A stretch of DNA of 64,000 bases from the NCBI GenBank assembly GCA_013239625.1, contig MU054212.1:5926270-5990269 (forward strand), read 5' to 3'. The notes below the pieces were generated by a model that worked only from the letters and a program-made list of their open reading frames with translations, made no database searches and was not told the DNA's origin. Within the stretch, counting starts at the first letter, position 1. Each line of letters opens with the position of its first letter. A program made the translations under genes and the position numbers. The stretch is from Lama guanicoe (Eukaryota). This document shows positions 10,265-23,030 of the stretch, piece by piece.

Positions 10265-13200
10265 ACCACACAGGCATTGACTTATCCAACACACATTGAG
10301 ACCTTCTCTGCACCAGGTGCTGAAGCTACCTGGTGAATTGAATCGCAGGGTTTATTTACAAGGAAATCATATTCTCAGCAATGGAGATGGGTATGAAAGA
10401 GAAAGGACAGGGAGAAGGAGGAAGGGAGGGAATGAGGAAGGGAAGTCATCATCGCCATAAAAACATTAAAATGCTATGGCAGCATAATAGAAAAACTTCT
10501 TCTGATTCCTGGGGGCCTGGAGGCCTCACAGAGGAGGGGACAACTGAACTAGTCCTTAGAAGCTAAGTAGGAGGCACCAGGTGAATAAACAGGAAAAAGC
10601 CGTTTCTGGAGAGGAGACTGGACTGCAGAGGGACAAAGCTTTGCGAGTACATTAAATATTAAGAAAAAGGCAAGCAATTTGGTTTAGTTAGAGGCTAGGA
10701 TAGTTCATATCGAAGTGGCAAAAGACTGCAGGGCTGTGTGCTAAGAAGTTCAAGACCCTGTGGGGAATGCAGAAACTAGGGCAGGTGAACGATCTGATCT
10801 GACTCAGGTCTTCCAGAGCCCAGTCTTGGGTCTGTCACAACTGTCTGTTTGGTAAATTGTATTTATGTTTCTTTTTTAAACAATTGATACCTAATAAAAG
10901 AAATGGAAATGAAAGAAATGAACTCAATGGTTTTAAAGTCCCCTTCCTGATCTAAACTCTGTGGTTTCATGATTCCTGTTCAATTTATTTTCCCAGTGGG
11001 GCTGGTAATTATACTTGAGCTAGTAGCCTAGAGTAGAAAGTACATTTACTGTACTCCCAGTAAGTGACTCATAAAAGAAGTTTTTAGATAAATAGCTACT
11101 AAAAATTTTTATTAAGCAATTACTCAATTATTTCCTCCAATGTATACTCATAAGCCTTTGGATATTTTTTTTCCTTTACAAAACACACTATAAAAGTAAT
11201 GCCATATATTTTTTGTAACTTGGTAGCAGCAAAACCCCTCAGATGGCAGACTTAGAACAATCAATGTCTGCTGTTTAATTTTTTGGTTTTTTTTTTTAAT
11301 CAATTGTCTGACTTTGAAGTTAAAGTCTAGAGTCAGGATAAATTTCTAGAAACATTTTTATAAGGCCTGTAAATTTCTAGGGTTTATACAATTTCTTATC
11401 CACTGCTTCTCATTCCACTTCCTGAGACACTCAAATTTCCTTCACCACCTCCATTTTTGGATCTCGAACAGGCGGCATTTAGCATCTCCTCTTCTGCCAC
11501 TGACCATCTTTCCTGTGGCTTGTTCATTCATCCTGTCACTCTTTCAGGGTCCTTGTGAGGACCAGTAATGACCACTGGACATGGAAAGAGCTTAGAAAGT
11601 GACTGTCCACTGTAGGCATGTAGTCTGTGAAATATTACTTACATGAAACTTTTTGCAAACTGACCACAGTATCCTACAAAATATCAAAATTGTCAGGATA
11701 ATGCTCTTATTTTAATACAGTCTAAAATGGTCTGTCACCATCCAACACTCCTTCCTCTGAATCAATAATGAGTTACGGCCCCACAAGGGGAGAGGGATCC
11801 CTTATCCAGGGATCTGTGGCCTAGAAAACCACAGGGTGTGTGGATCCCCTCCTTTGAGGAAATGGTTAAGGCAGGTTCTCTGGGAAAGATCGTGGCCAGG
11901 GCTGCCAGACCCACTGCTGTGGCCACGAAAGGGCCCCACGTGAACAATACAAAGCACACTGTGCACACACACACACAAAAAGGCTCAGTAAAAAAAAAAG
12001 GAAGAAAACAAGACCCTGCAAACATGCAGACACAGCACTAGTGACATTTACGTGACGCGGCAAGACCGGTGACCGGATAGGAATCACTTTCTTTCTACTT
12101 GCTACGGTTGATCGCCAGCTAATGAAGGATAAACTCATTAAACGTTTGTTCTGCTTTGTCCGTATAATTTGTAAAATTTGTTTCCATCGAAGATCAATCT
12201 TAGGGTTTGCTTTTTAAATTGCATTTTTGGGTTATGTAAAAACATCAACACGGTTCCATTCCTAACTATATAAAATTGTACTTGAAGAATCAGTCTCTCT
12301 CCCATCCCTGGGCCCTCCACTCCCGTGCCACCTTCCCCTTACAGGCCACCATTTTTATTAGTTCTGCTTTTTCCTGCTAGTCACTGTTTCATAAAAAGAG
12401 GGGGTGGGGGGACAGGATTTGGCCATCGCTGCTGCCAGCTGGGGGTGGGGAGGGCCCTGGCTTTTCTGGGGGTGCCCTTCTGGAGGACAGACACTGTGGC
12501 TGCATGGTGCCTGCCGGCCTGCGCCACTCCAGGTCCTTAGGCTACAGAGAGCAGGCTGTTCTGGGGGCTTCTTCTCTTTGGGTCGGTTGCGGGCATTTGG
12601 TCGTGTGTGTCTAGCACCTAGGCTGGGCTATCGGGGAGGCAACAGCTCCTGGGACTCAGCTGGGTTCTTCCTCAAGTCTCCACGTGCCTGGGCAGTTGGT
12701 TTTACCACACCCTTCGGAATGTTCTGGTAGGGTTCATTTGTTGTTGTTTGGTCATTAGTGGGAGAAGTGAATGGAATGCGTTCACCCCATCTTGTCCAAT
12801 TCACATAAAAATGTCACATAAAAAGAAAGATGAGGCACTGTTCTGGGTCTTGACTGTGTGGATGTCAGTATGGTGGTAGGTGGAACTCTGGATCTCCCTT
12901 CTTTTATGTGGCCTGTCCGAGATTTCTGCCCATTTTTCTACTGGGTTTCTAAGCAGGCTATAAAATATTTAGAGGAATAAGGGGTCGGCCCCCAAGAGAA
13001 GCCCTTGGCGAGCATCTCCCTTACTTGGCTGGAGCCTCCTTGAGGATGGGAACTGTGTCTTACTCTCACGCCACCAGTAAAGCCCAGTGCCTGACACACA
13101 GCAGGTGCTTAATGTATGTTCCCAAATATTGTGGTTGGAGAGACTAGAGAGACCAAGCTGTCCGAAGTTGCTAGACGGGTTAAAAGACTGCATAATTACC

Positions 13201-13939
13201 GTATGCAAAATGACATTCATACAAGGTTAAGGGATGAGGGAAGAATGAAGGGGAGGTCTGGTTACCATAGTGACCCTGTTCTGCCTGAAAAAAAGCACTC
13301 ACAGGAGTCTTATCCAGGAACGCTAACAGCCACCACTATTTTTCCTGATTCCAGCAACGATGGTGGGAGAAGAAAAAAGCTGGTGAAGGGAAGAGGCCAG
13401 GGAGGGAAATTAATTAAATACATTTTTTAAAATGACCTCAGATGGAAATGATGTTCCAGAGGTAAACTAACACCTTCTCTTTGATAAGTCAAGCAGGTGT
13501 TTTCAGCATCTGCTCACGAACTCCTTTATCATCACATTTATGTCTTGTGACATTTATTTTGTAGGAAGCATGACTTTCACTTTCCATGGCTAATTTTTTC
13601 TTTTAATTGAACAGAGGTTATCTTGGCAGTAAATTTTTCGCTATTCTGGGTTTTTCTTTTATAAATTAATCCATATTAAATTTTTAAGGCTCAGTAAATA
13701 TTTTAAAATTTGCAAATACATTGGGTAAAAAGCTGAGCCTGGCTTTCTATTCAGATATATTTGTAGGTGGGCCAAAACACATTCTGAACATGGCCCTGAA
13801 TAGTCCTAACTAAGGCACTGATTCTGCTTAACACGGCTCACTAAGAAGGTACGAAGTGTATGTATTAATGGAACAGTAACTTAGGAAGCTGGAAGGCTCT
13901 GCCCTGTCAGATGGTAAACAGTGCTCCCTGGGCAGCATG

Positions 13940-14680
13940 ATTCATTCACAGAGCACTGTGCTGGATGCTGGGAGGACAGAAACGAATGAGCCAGACCCCT
14001 GCTTTCAAAGAGCCAACAGTCTTTGGGAGAAAAAGAAAATGTGTGAATGAATAAAAGTCATAGTGTTAACACACGCTTCAGTAGGGTTTGTGCTCTGCAG
14101 GGCAGGAGTGCAAGGGAGCGAGTGGGAGCTTTTACTTGGATTGGCTCTAGAGAAGGCTACCTGAGGAGCGAATTGAATCTTCAGAGATCTGCAGTAGATC
14201 CTTTGTGGTCATGATGCAGGCCCCGGGGGGGGGGTGTGGTTCACAGGCAGCTGGAGGATGAAAAGCAGGCAGCAGCAATGAGAGGTGAGAGCTGGGCCTG
14301 GAGAGGCAAGCAGAAGTCAGCTCAGTCAGGACCCGGAGTGACAAGCAGAAACACTTGGACCTTATATCCTGTGGGCAGCGGGGAACCACGGGAAGATTTT
14401 AAAGCAAGGTAGGATTTTCAAAAGACACAATCTCTGTGGCAATACAAGATGAATTCAAAGATGACGACACATCTTTGAAGCTAGACAAAACTAGGGAGGG
14501 TCTGAGCAGTTGTTGTGGAAACCAAAGACCGTATGGACCTGAGGGAGACTTAAGAGGTGGGGTTAATGTCGGCTGCACGGAAGAGAAAGAGGGAGGGTGA
14601 CCCATGGATTCGTCCTTGACTTACGAAGTGGATGGTAAAACAGGAGGAAGACTGGGTTTTGAAGGGGGTTGTGCAAGGAG
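13940..14680 (-). mobile_element. L2 fragment
   Basis: ttcattcacagagcactgtgctggatgctgg...ggaccttatatcctgtgggcagcggggaaccacgggaagattttaaagca. Confidence 0.65.
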
Positions 14681-15089
14681 AAGAAAGTTATTAAAAATGA
14701 CTTCTTAAATATTCACTCTGATACAGTGGATGCCTAATTGTATTGATGAAAGATATTTAAATATTGCTGTGTCTCTTTTGAAGTCCAAGCTATGGGGTGA
14801 TCTCTAAATGTATTTAACTAACACTGTTGCAAAGGCATATGTGGTGATTGCCTCATGCTTACGGTGCAGTCCTAGTGCAAGCAAGGAGCTCATCAGCGAT
14901 TCACCTGCAATTTAGGACCGCAAACACAACAAAAAGCCAGGTAACCTCCCCCAAAAAGCTCCTGACAGAAAATAACTACATCACCACACAAGGTCTTTAG
15001 AACATTATATTTCATAAAAGACAATGATAAAAAAGTACAAACATTTCCATGAGAAGCAAAAAAAAAAAAAAGGAGACAGAAAGAAAGAG

Positions 15090-18000
15090 TACGAGAAATT
15101 ACTAGCATTTATTTCAGTGCATTTATATAGAAGCCTTTCAGATATTAATAAATAAAATAATCTTAAGTACGCTTCCTCTTCCTGATAAACACTATGACCA
15201 TTTTAGTTCTCTCACTGGCATACTTGCAAACAGAAGATAACAGATCTAGAGTACCAGTATTTGTCTGAAAAGTACACAAATACAAGAGAGATGACAAGAA
15301 GCCAAATAAAATGACGCAAAATCTGCTTTCACTTCTACAGAGCCTCCAAAAGAAGGAGAATATTGTATTGGATATTTTCCCATTTTGTTTAAAAATGGGT
15401 ATCAATATCTTGGCTGGGAAAGGAGTATAAGCAAGTCTTATAATTTTATATTTACATAATATTGCAAATAAGGCTTTCTTACTGAACACCTTTTCACAAA
15501 ATACAAACAGAAATTAAGACTTAAAAAATATTCATTAAACCCCAGTTTTGGTGAAGACTTAAATGACCATTTCCATGGTAAATGAGACGTAATGTTACAG
15601 CAAACGTGTATACTTTTCCCTTTTCTTTTCTACAAACAGGCCCATTAATCATCGCTACTTTCTCTAGGTAAAAGGCACTATATAACCCTCCCACTTAGTG
15701 CCATGGGGAACTCGTAATCACTCTACGTCCACATATATACACTTCTTGACTTTGAGACTAAGAAATACAACAGGTAAGTTAACAGAGGATGTTTTCATCA
15801 TTTTTGGCTTGCTTGACTCGATTTGTTTAGAAATTAACATTTTTTCCTGTAGACGTACGTAGCTTTGCATCTGCTGAGTAGGCAATTACTACATGTTCAC
15901 TAATAAATCCACCAAACTATAAAGATAGTCTGTATTTGCGTTGTATTTGCTAATTTTTATGGAATAGGGCTATTTTCATACAACAAAGATAACTAAGCAA
16001 AACTCTGTCACTTATATGCAAACATATAAAAGTTGCTATTTATATGCAAAAGTTAATTTCAGGCCCGCACTTTAAAAGCAAAACAAAAACAAAAGACAAA
16101 AAGCAAACTAATGAGATGGTTTTCACAGGATGATACCATATTTAAAACTGAAAAAAGCAAAATATTCATGGCCCACTCCTAAAACGAAAATTACTGCTAG
16201 ATTTAATCCAAGGAAGTAAGGTAGATACCAGTAGAATTTTCTCTTGAAACTATAAAATGTGTATCAAAATGAGAAAATTTCAAAATGAGAAGATTTCAAA
16301 ATGTGGGCAGCTCCATGTTAAAGAGAAAAATATGTTTTCCTAATAAGCCTCAGCCCTAATTTCCCCCATGACTACAATACTGAAGTATTATTGGGTTAAT
16401 TACACTCAATGCCCCTGCTATCTTGTTAGTGATCAACAAATGTTAACTTGATCAATCCACTTTCATTCATCGAACTAAAAAACTACATTGGCCAAGAGAG
16501 ACAGAAAATGAACAGATACACATTAAGAACAAATATCCTACTTTTCAGAAGGTTTGATGTTTTTCATTATTTTGAGTACCAGCAAAAAAATGAAAGACAA
16601 ATATTTTGGAAATATTTCTAAGAAATAAACGCAGAAAAATTTTGTTTGGTATCATAAAAGAGAGCTTTCTTAAAGTGTAAGAATTTCTATCAGTTCATGA
16701 TTTGGTTTGTGGTCATGTGTGTTACCAGTACTGCCACAGAAGATGACACTTCAAAATTAAACTTACAACCTGAGAGATAAATAACTGTATTTCTGTGTTA
16801 GGTGAATAATCCATTTCTATTTCTATTGTTTTTCATTGTTGCTGAAGATTCACTTCATTGGTACATAATTTTTTGGTTTCAATTTGTGAAAATATCTTTA
16901 GATACTTTAAAGAATCTCTGGTTAACCATGATTGATAATTTTCAAAGTAAGAATATTGTTTGCTCTGAAAACTTCATCCAAATTCAAGATTAAGTAATAT
17001 ATTTGATGTCAGGTAGTATAATCTGCTTTTAGAGAAGTGTCTTATAACCCTAATGCATTTAAATAGCGGACAATATTTTAATATAGTTCTATTAATCTAT
17101 GCTTTTAGTGACGAAGTTTTAGTAATTAACATTAGAGACTAATTTCTTAAAAGTGAAAAAAAACACACAGTTTGAATGAAATGGGCCAACATTAAAAAGG
17201 AGGATCTCTTCCAAACTTGAAATTCTATAAATCTGAGAATTAACTTAAAATTTGTTTTTATCTACTAAGCATTTCACTTCATAAAAATAGAACATTTAAT
17301 TTCTTATCTAATAGTATAATTCATTTGTATAAGTACTACTGGGTTTTCTATAACTCTTTCTTTTAAAAAGACTGCTTTGATTTCTTTTAAATGAAGAGCT
17401 TTTTTTTTTTTTGACTCTTCTGAACTGGACATAATGAAAGTGCTGTTCACTATGAATTAAAAAAAAAAAATACAGGGTACCACCACACGCAACCTTGGGA
17501 ACATTTTTTGAGGCACGAAGTCCCTGACACTTAGACCAGAGGTACATGAAAGACATTTAACATAAAGAGGTCCTTTATATCATGTCACATCACAACTTCT
17601 AAGATTTTCTTGGTAATACTCATGCAATATGCATAAACAATACGGTTGTGATTTAGCAAAATCTGATGAGATTGCGAGCAAGGAAAAAAATAGGAAATCC
17701 TGGTGGGAAGAAAAGCCGTTAAAGCCTTCTTCTTACCCTTTAAAACCCTAAGGAAGCTGTGACTTCTTCCACACAAGAAGCTGAAGGTCTAAAGCTCAAA
17801 ACTAGTATGACAGTGTACTGAACTAGTTGGCTGTCAATTATTGACAGTTCCTTCATTTCACACAAGGTTAACCTTTGTTTAGTGACATAAATTTACATTG
17901 TTTTATTCCATGCAAATAAAAAATGTTTATAAAAGTCCCATAAAGGCATAACCCATTACATGCAAAACTGCAACACATCTTATTTTTCAACAATTTGAAC

Positions 18001-18361
18001 ACATTAATTTACATCACATATGTACAAAATATGTTTAAACGGAAATAAAGCATTCTCTTGAATTAAATTATAGATTTTAGTATAAAAATTTTCTCTTTGT
18101 AGGGAGCTCTCTTAACTTCTAGACTCAAGCAACAGCTCATGGTCTCTGCAGTGCTCGCCACGGGGGTGTGTCTCAGAGCAGAGGATGGGCACGTGGAAGA
18201 AGGCTGACTGTATACAATCCCACCAGTAAACACTGAGAACGCGGGCTCTTCTCCTCACCACCCAGGGCACTGTGACACATCCATTCACTGACCTCCATTA
18301 AGAGTGCACTCCAAGTTTCCCAGCCACACTGCGGTCTGTCTTGCCATGAGAGCTACTTCTT
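15090..18361 (-). other. B4GALT6: B4GALT6 long AU-rich 3' UTR, distal AATAAA at 15113-15108
   Basis: Repeat-poor AT-rich tract after the stop codon. AATAAA on the - strand is followed by a U/CU-rich downstream element (A-rich run at ~15058-15088 on the + strand). The 3' end is inferred. Confidence 0.65.
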
Positions 18362-18509
18362 TTAATAGTCTTCGATTGGAGCTAACTCTGGCATGAGGTT
18401 TACAGATATATTTGTATACAACCTATCAACCAGTATTTTTGGCGTATATATTAAATTGTTCAACCCATCGATGTACTGGCGCTCTTTTGAGTATCTTAGT
18501 AATTTATAC
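18362..18509 (-). CDS. B4GALT6: B4GALT6 exon 9, coding part with stop codon
   Basis: Acceptor cactatag; encodes (R)YKLLRYSKERQYIDGLNNLIYTPKILVDRLYTNISVNLMPELAPIEDY*, TAA at 18364-18362. Confidence 0.97.
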
Positions 18510-18588
18510 CTATAGTGTTAGAGAAAGAAATGAAAAGTAACAGAAACGTTTGAAAAGACAAACTGATGAGGAATATGCTCAAGGTCAT

Positions 18589-18715
18589 GCTTTTTTTGGG
18601 GGGGGGGAGTAATTAGGTTTATTTATTTATTCATTTCATGGAGGTACTGGGGATTGAACCCAGGACCTCATGCATGCTAAGCATGTGCTCTGCCACTGAG
18701 CTATACCCTCCTCTA
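18589..18715 (-). mobile_element. tRNA-derived SINE (Vic-1-like) in B4GALT6 intron 8
   Basis: Reverse complement of the 2955 element; TSD tcaaggtcat at 18579-18588 and 18716-18725. Confidence 0.9.
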
Positions 18716-19158
18716 TCAAGGTCATTATCATTAAAGTATTTAAAGTTCTTTACAATTTTTGGTTCTTATGCATAATTAAAGATCTTTCTAAGACCATTAT
18801 TCTAAATTAGCATCTTTATAAATCTTAAAATGCCACCTGAAAAAATTATTTTGCACCATTACAACTTGGATATCCTTAAGAAATAAAATGTATTTATATA
18901 AAAAGCAAATACTTTTTATATAAAAGTGAACTGGGCTCTTTAATATAACATAAATATATATCTGTGTATGTAGGTATATATATATCTCTTCAAAACAAGC
19001 AAAAAATGCTTTACTTTTATAAAGAAAAATAATATCGACAGAAAATTCCCTTAAGAAGTTTTTTTTGGGGGGGGAGGGAGGCGGTGCATATAAAAAAAAA
19101 TCTTTCATACATTACATAATTTTGAAACCTTGATATCTGAACATGATATTAAACTTAC

Positions 19159-19260
19159 CGTCCTAAGAACTGGACTTCACCTCGATGGTGATGAGGAATA
19201 GACTTGTATTTTCCCAAGTCTCCCTCTGGTCTTGTCACATTATATCCAGCATAGTGAACT
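19159..19260 (-). CDS. B4GALT6: B4GALT6 exon 8 (102 nt)
   Basis: Acceptor gtattctag, donor gtaagt; encodes (R)VHYAGYNVTRPEGDLGKYKSIPHHHRGEVQFLG. Confidence 0.96.
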
Positions 19261-19543
19261 CTAGAATACAACATATGGAAATGAAAATACATTAAGAAAT
19301 AAAATCTGATGTAAAAATGGAATACGTGATTTCAATTTAAAATGCACAACGCTCTAATGTATGTGCTGGCAATAATTTCAGAAGTACTCAATGAAAAAGG
19401 GAAAAACACAACCTAGGATTTAGGAACTTCAAAAATTTCCCATCCCAAAGAATCCTTTCTTGGAATAGAAAAGTACAATTTACTTAATAGAAAAGAAATA
19501 CTTATAGAAATTCCATTATTAAGTAATTTGGATCCCAACATAC

Positions 19544-19666
19544 CTATTCCAAAGGTCGTCGTCTTCTCCTCCCCAACCCCAGAAGGCATTAGGAAAACCA
19601 TTGATCCTTCTGAACTGTTCCACTGTCAGTCCACTTACACCACCAAAAAACTCTTTATATGGAAGA
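19544..19666 (-). CDS. B4GALT6: B4GALT6 exon 7 (123 nt)
   Basis: Acceptor tttttcag, donor gtatgt; encodes (I)LPYKEFFGGVSGLTVEQFRRINGFPNAFWGWGGEDDDLWN, with the WGWGGEDDD catalytic motif. Confidence 0.98.
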
Positions 19667-20225
19667 CTGAAAAAGAAAGCAGGACGCAGCACTCTAAAAG
19701 TGAGATCAGAACACTCTGCCATATGAAATACAGTTTTCCATTTTTGTGTGCTTTGTAAAATACACTCCCATCTCCATACAAAAAAACTGTGTTGATTAAA
19801 TCATATTCTGGGAAATGTAATGTGTACCAAGAAACAAGACATTTTTATATGCTAGTGAAACAAGGTGCATCTGAGTGTGTTATGTAAAGCACTTGTGGCA
19901 ACTGAAATTTAACATTTAGTATTGTTACTAAGACTCAAAATCTACTGTTCAAAAATAGTAAATTTTCACACCAAAAGTCAACTTGATCAAACATATCAAT
20001 AGCTGCTATGCTGAGCTAATTTCCTCCTTCACTTACCTTATTAAATAACATTTATTACATAGACCAGGGTAAATATAAATTAGTAAAAACAAGTCTAGCA
20101 TTATTTTGAAAAGACTAGCTGCCTATTCGTATAATGGTCTTCCGTTGGATTATACTCCCAAAATACTCATGGATACTTACAAATATATTTATTTTTAATG
20201 CACTAATTATTTAGGAGAATGACAA

Positions 20226-20635
20226 TTTTTTGAGATGTAATTGACACGTAACATTGTATTCGTTTAAGGTGTACAACATAATGATCTGATATATGTATAT
20301 ATTGCAAAATGATCATCACAGTATGTCTAGTTAACATCTATCACCACGCCTAGCTATAATCTTTTTTCTTGTGATGAGAGCTTTTAAGATTTACTCTCTT
20401 AGCAACTTTCAAGCATACAACAGAGGATTTGTTAACTGCAGTTATCATGTTATATATATGACACCCCCCAGACTTATAACTAGAAGCATGTACCTTTTGA
20501 CCTCCTTCCCCCATTTTACCTACCCCCACCTCCTGCCTCTGGCAACTGCCAATCTCTTCTCTGTATGTACAAGTTTGGGGGTTTTCTTAGATTCCACATA
20601 TAAGTAAGATCATATAGTTCTTGCCTTACTCTGAA
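20226..20635 (-). mobile_element. L1 3' end fragment
   Basis: taacattgtattcgtttaaggtgtacaacataatgat...tttagattccacatataagt-like antisense L1 3' UTR. Confidence 0.8.
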
Positions 20636-22043
20636 CAATGATTCTATTTTTAGATTTGGATTTTATTTTCCTTACCTTTTCCCTAGCTCATCCTCCAAGG
20701 AATCTGTCAAACTAAGTTGTTTGTTTAGACACAGACTGGTTTTCCGATGTTGAGGTAGCATCCCTAGACTTGCGGCCATGAGTAAATTCCCATGGCCCCA
20801 AATGCGCTACTGGGGAGCGGTGTGCCAGAGCCCCTGAACAGGCCAAGCCAATGCGAAGGAACAACAGAGAAAGCGCCACCACGCGCAGCATCCGAAAATC
20901 ATGCCGAGGGAAGCCTGGCTGCGATGACCGCAAGGCTGCCTCAGAGGAAGAGAGGTGGCAGATGCCACTTTTTTGTTGGAAGGACCCTGGACTCGTTCCC
21001 TGTGCGGAAGAAGTGCTGTTTGCCAGCTGGACCCTGTGCAGCCACAGAAGATGGGAGAGGCAGCTTCCAGAGAAAATGCCAGGGTTGTAGGGCAAAGCAG
21101 TCGTGGCCCCACCCTGGGCCAAAGGCACCCCAAGACACTAACAGCCATACCGACCCCACGGTCAACTATGGTGCTCCAGGCTGCAGGACACCTCACGAGG
21201 CTCCTACTGCGAAAGTCAAATTCTGGTTATGACACTGGTTCGACTGCAGTGGGGCCAATAAGCGCTCATGGTGCCAACTGTTTCCCACACCAGGTGGAGT
21301 ATTCTCGGCCAGGCTAGTGGTCTGGGAGAAACCTGAGATCAGCAGATAGGTCAATATGGAGGTGTGTGTGATTGTGTGTGTGTGTTCACAGACATGTATA
21401 AATTGGATAAACTGGCAAGCACATTAGTTCCACTTACTGTTCTGCTTAAGTGGAAATAATCAATTGCACTACAGCCAGGATAGAAAAAGATCTGATAATA
21501 TGAAGGTATAATAGATACACCAAAGAACAGAAAACAGAAGCTTGACAAGTAACATCTGGTAGTGTTTACCCTCCACTGTCCAGGGGGAGAGAGACACTAA
21601 CCCGGGGACCTGCGCTTGCTGGTCAGCAGCCGTCAGGCCGTGGGCACCACTGTGGGGCCAGGACGCTGCACCACACTTCACCCCACGGCCCGAAGTCTAC
21701 AGACTGTCTAGCCAGTTCCCCCTTCTGCTGTCATTCTCTCTAATTTCTATTCCAACTTCCAAGATACCCTCCGAACCCTGGGATCAGCCTAGGGAGACAT
21801 GAATATTTTATTCATCAGAAATTACTATTTTCAAGCAAAAAAATTTAGAATTCTTCGTTTATGATATTTTTCAGTAAAAGTCAATTACCCTGAATCTAAT
21901 TTGACTCCAGCAGGCTGACCAAAATGGAGTTCCTGAAGTACTAAGAGTCAGACCCTGAACCTGGATGGGCCTCCCAAGGCCGACCTGGGTTTCAGACACT
22001 GCAGTAAAAAAGGAAAAGGTTTTCTAATAATGACTGTAACCGG

Positions 22044-22090
22044 CAAAAAGAAAAGAAAAAAGAAAAGAAAAAAAGAAAAGAAAGAAAAAG
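22044..22090. repeat. (GAAAA)n-type simple repeat
   Basis: Directly visible. Confidence 0.85.
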
Positions 22091-22842
22091 GTACTCCTTT
22101 GTGGCGATTTTAGTGCTGATTCACACGGTCACTTTTTGCCTCTCTAACAGGTCGAGCAGCAGGCAAAATGAAGAGGCAACAGCTCCCCCGCTCCAGGCTG
22201 CACCCTCCCCTCTCCACTTCCATTAGCCAAAGAAAACTGGGAGGCCTTTCCCAGATTAGACCCGCACGCTTTAATGTCACAGCTCCAATGACGGTACCAT
22301 TTCAAGGTATCTCCACTCAGAGAATGAAAAAAATGCTTCTTATTATTAAAGGCAAGTCAAGAATCCACAGCTTAGGAAGAAGAGAGGGCCCTCCCTGCCC
22401 TGGAACATCACGAGGGGAGGGGAGGGGAGCCAGCCTGTGCCCTGCTCCTCCCTGGGGCGGGCCCAGCACCTGGGATCGCGCAGAGCCCGGTGGACGGGCT
22501 CTATCGCTCCCTGAACAAGGAGACCAACGTTCAGAGATACAAGTCCTAAGGTAACCAAGCCCTCTAATTGCTAAGTGTGAAAACCAGAGGTGAGACCCAC
22601 GTTTACTGGACTGCAGAAACCTGGCTCTCTTTCCCGCCACCCCACACTGAAACCTCTGCGTGAGGAAGCCCTCGGAGGGATGACAAGTGACTCTGCATCC
22701 CGGCTCCCTCCGAGGATGCGGAGTTAAAGGGACTGTCCGGGCTCCAGAGCCCCTCCGGTCCAGGCACATGAAGCTGCCACCACTTCATGAGACGATTTTG
22801 CGAGTGTGCTGCACAGGATCAGGAAGACGGCACATTACTTAC

Positions 22843-23030
22843 ATATACATGTACTTATCCAGCTTTGCTGCAAAATGACGTGGCATTTCTCCACATCCAT
22901 AATAGTTTCGGTCATTTTCAGGCAGGTGGTCCACATCATGGAAGATTACACAGTCCCAGACGCTGTCTTTCATGGCCTCTTTGAAGCCCACATTGAAGAG
23001 CATTGCACGGTTAAAAGGCTGCGTGCCAGT
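22843..23030 (-). CDS. B4GALT6: B4GALT6 exon 6 (188 nt)
   Basis: Acceptor ccccctgaag, donor gtaagt; encodes TGTQPFNRAMLFNVGFKEAMKDSVWDCVIFHDVDHLPENDRNYYGCGEMPRHFAAKLDKYMY, with the FNRA and DVD (DxD) motifs. Confidence 0.98.

Noticed and set aside
11236..11249. CTCF-like motif ccctcagatggcag between the convergent genes
   Set aside because: Two mismatches to the core consensus; expected by chance in 64 kb without ChIP support.
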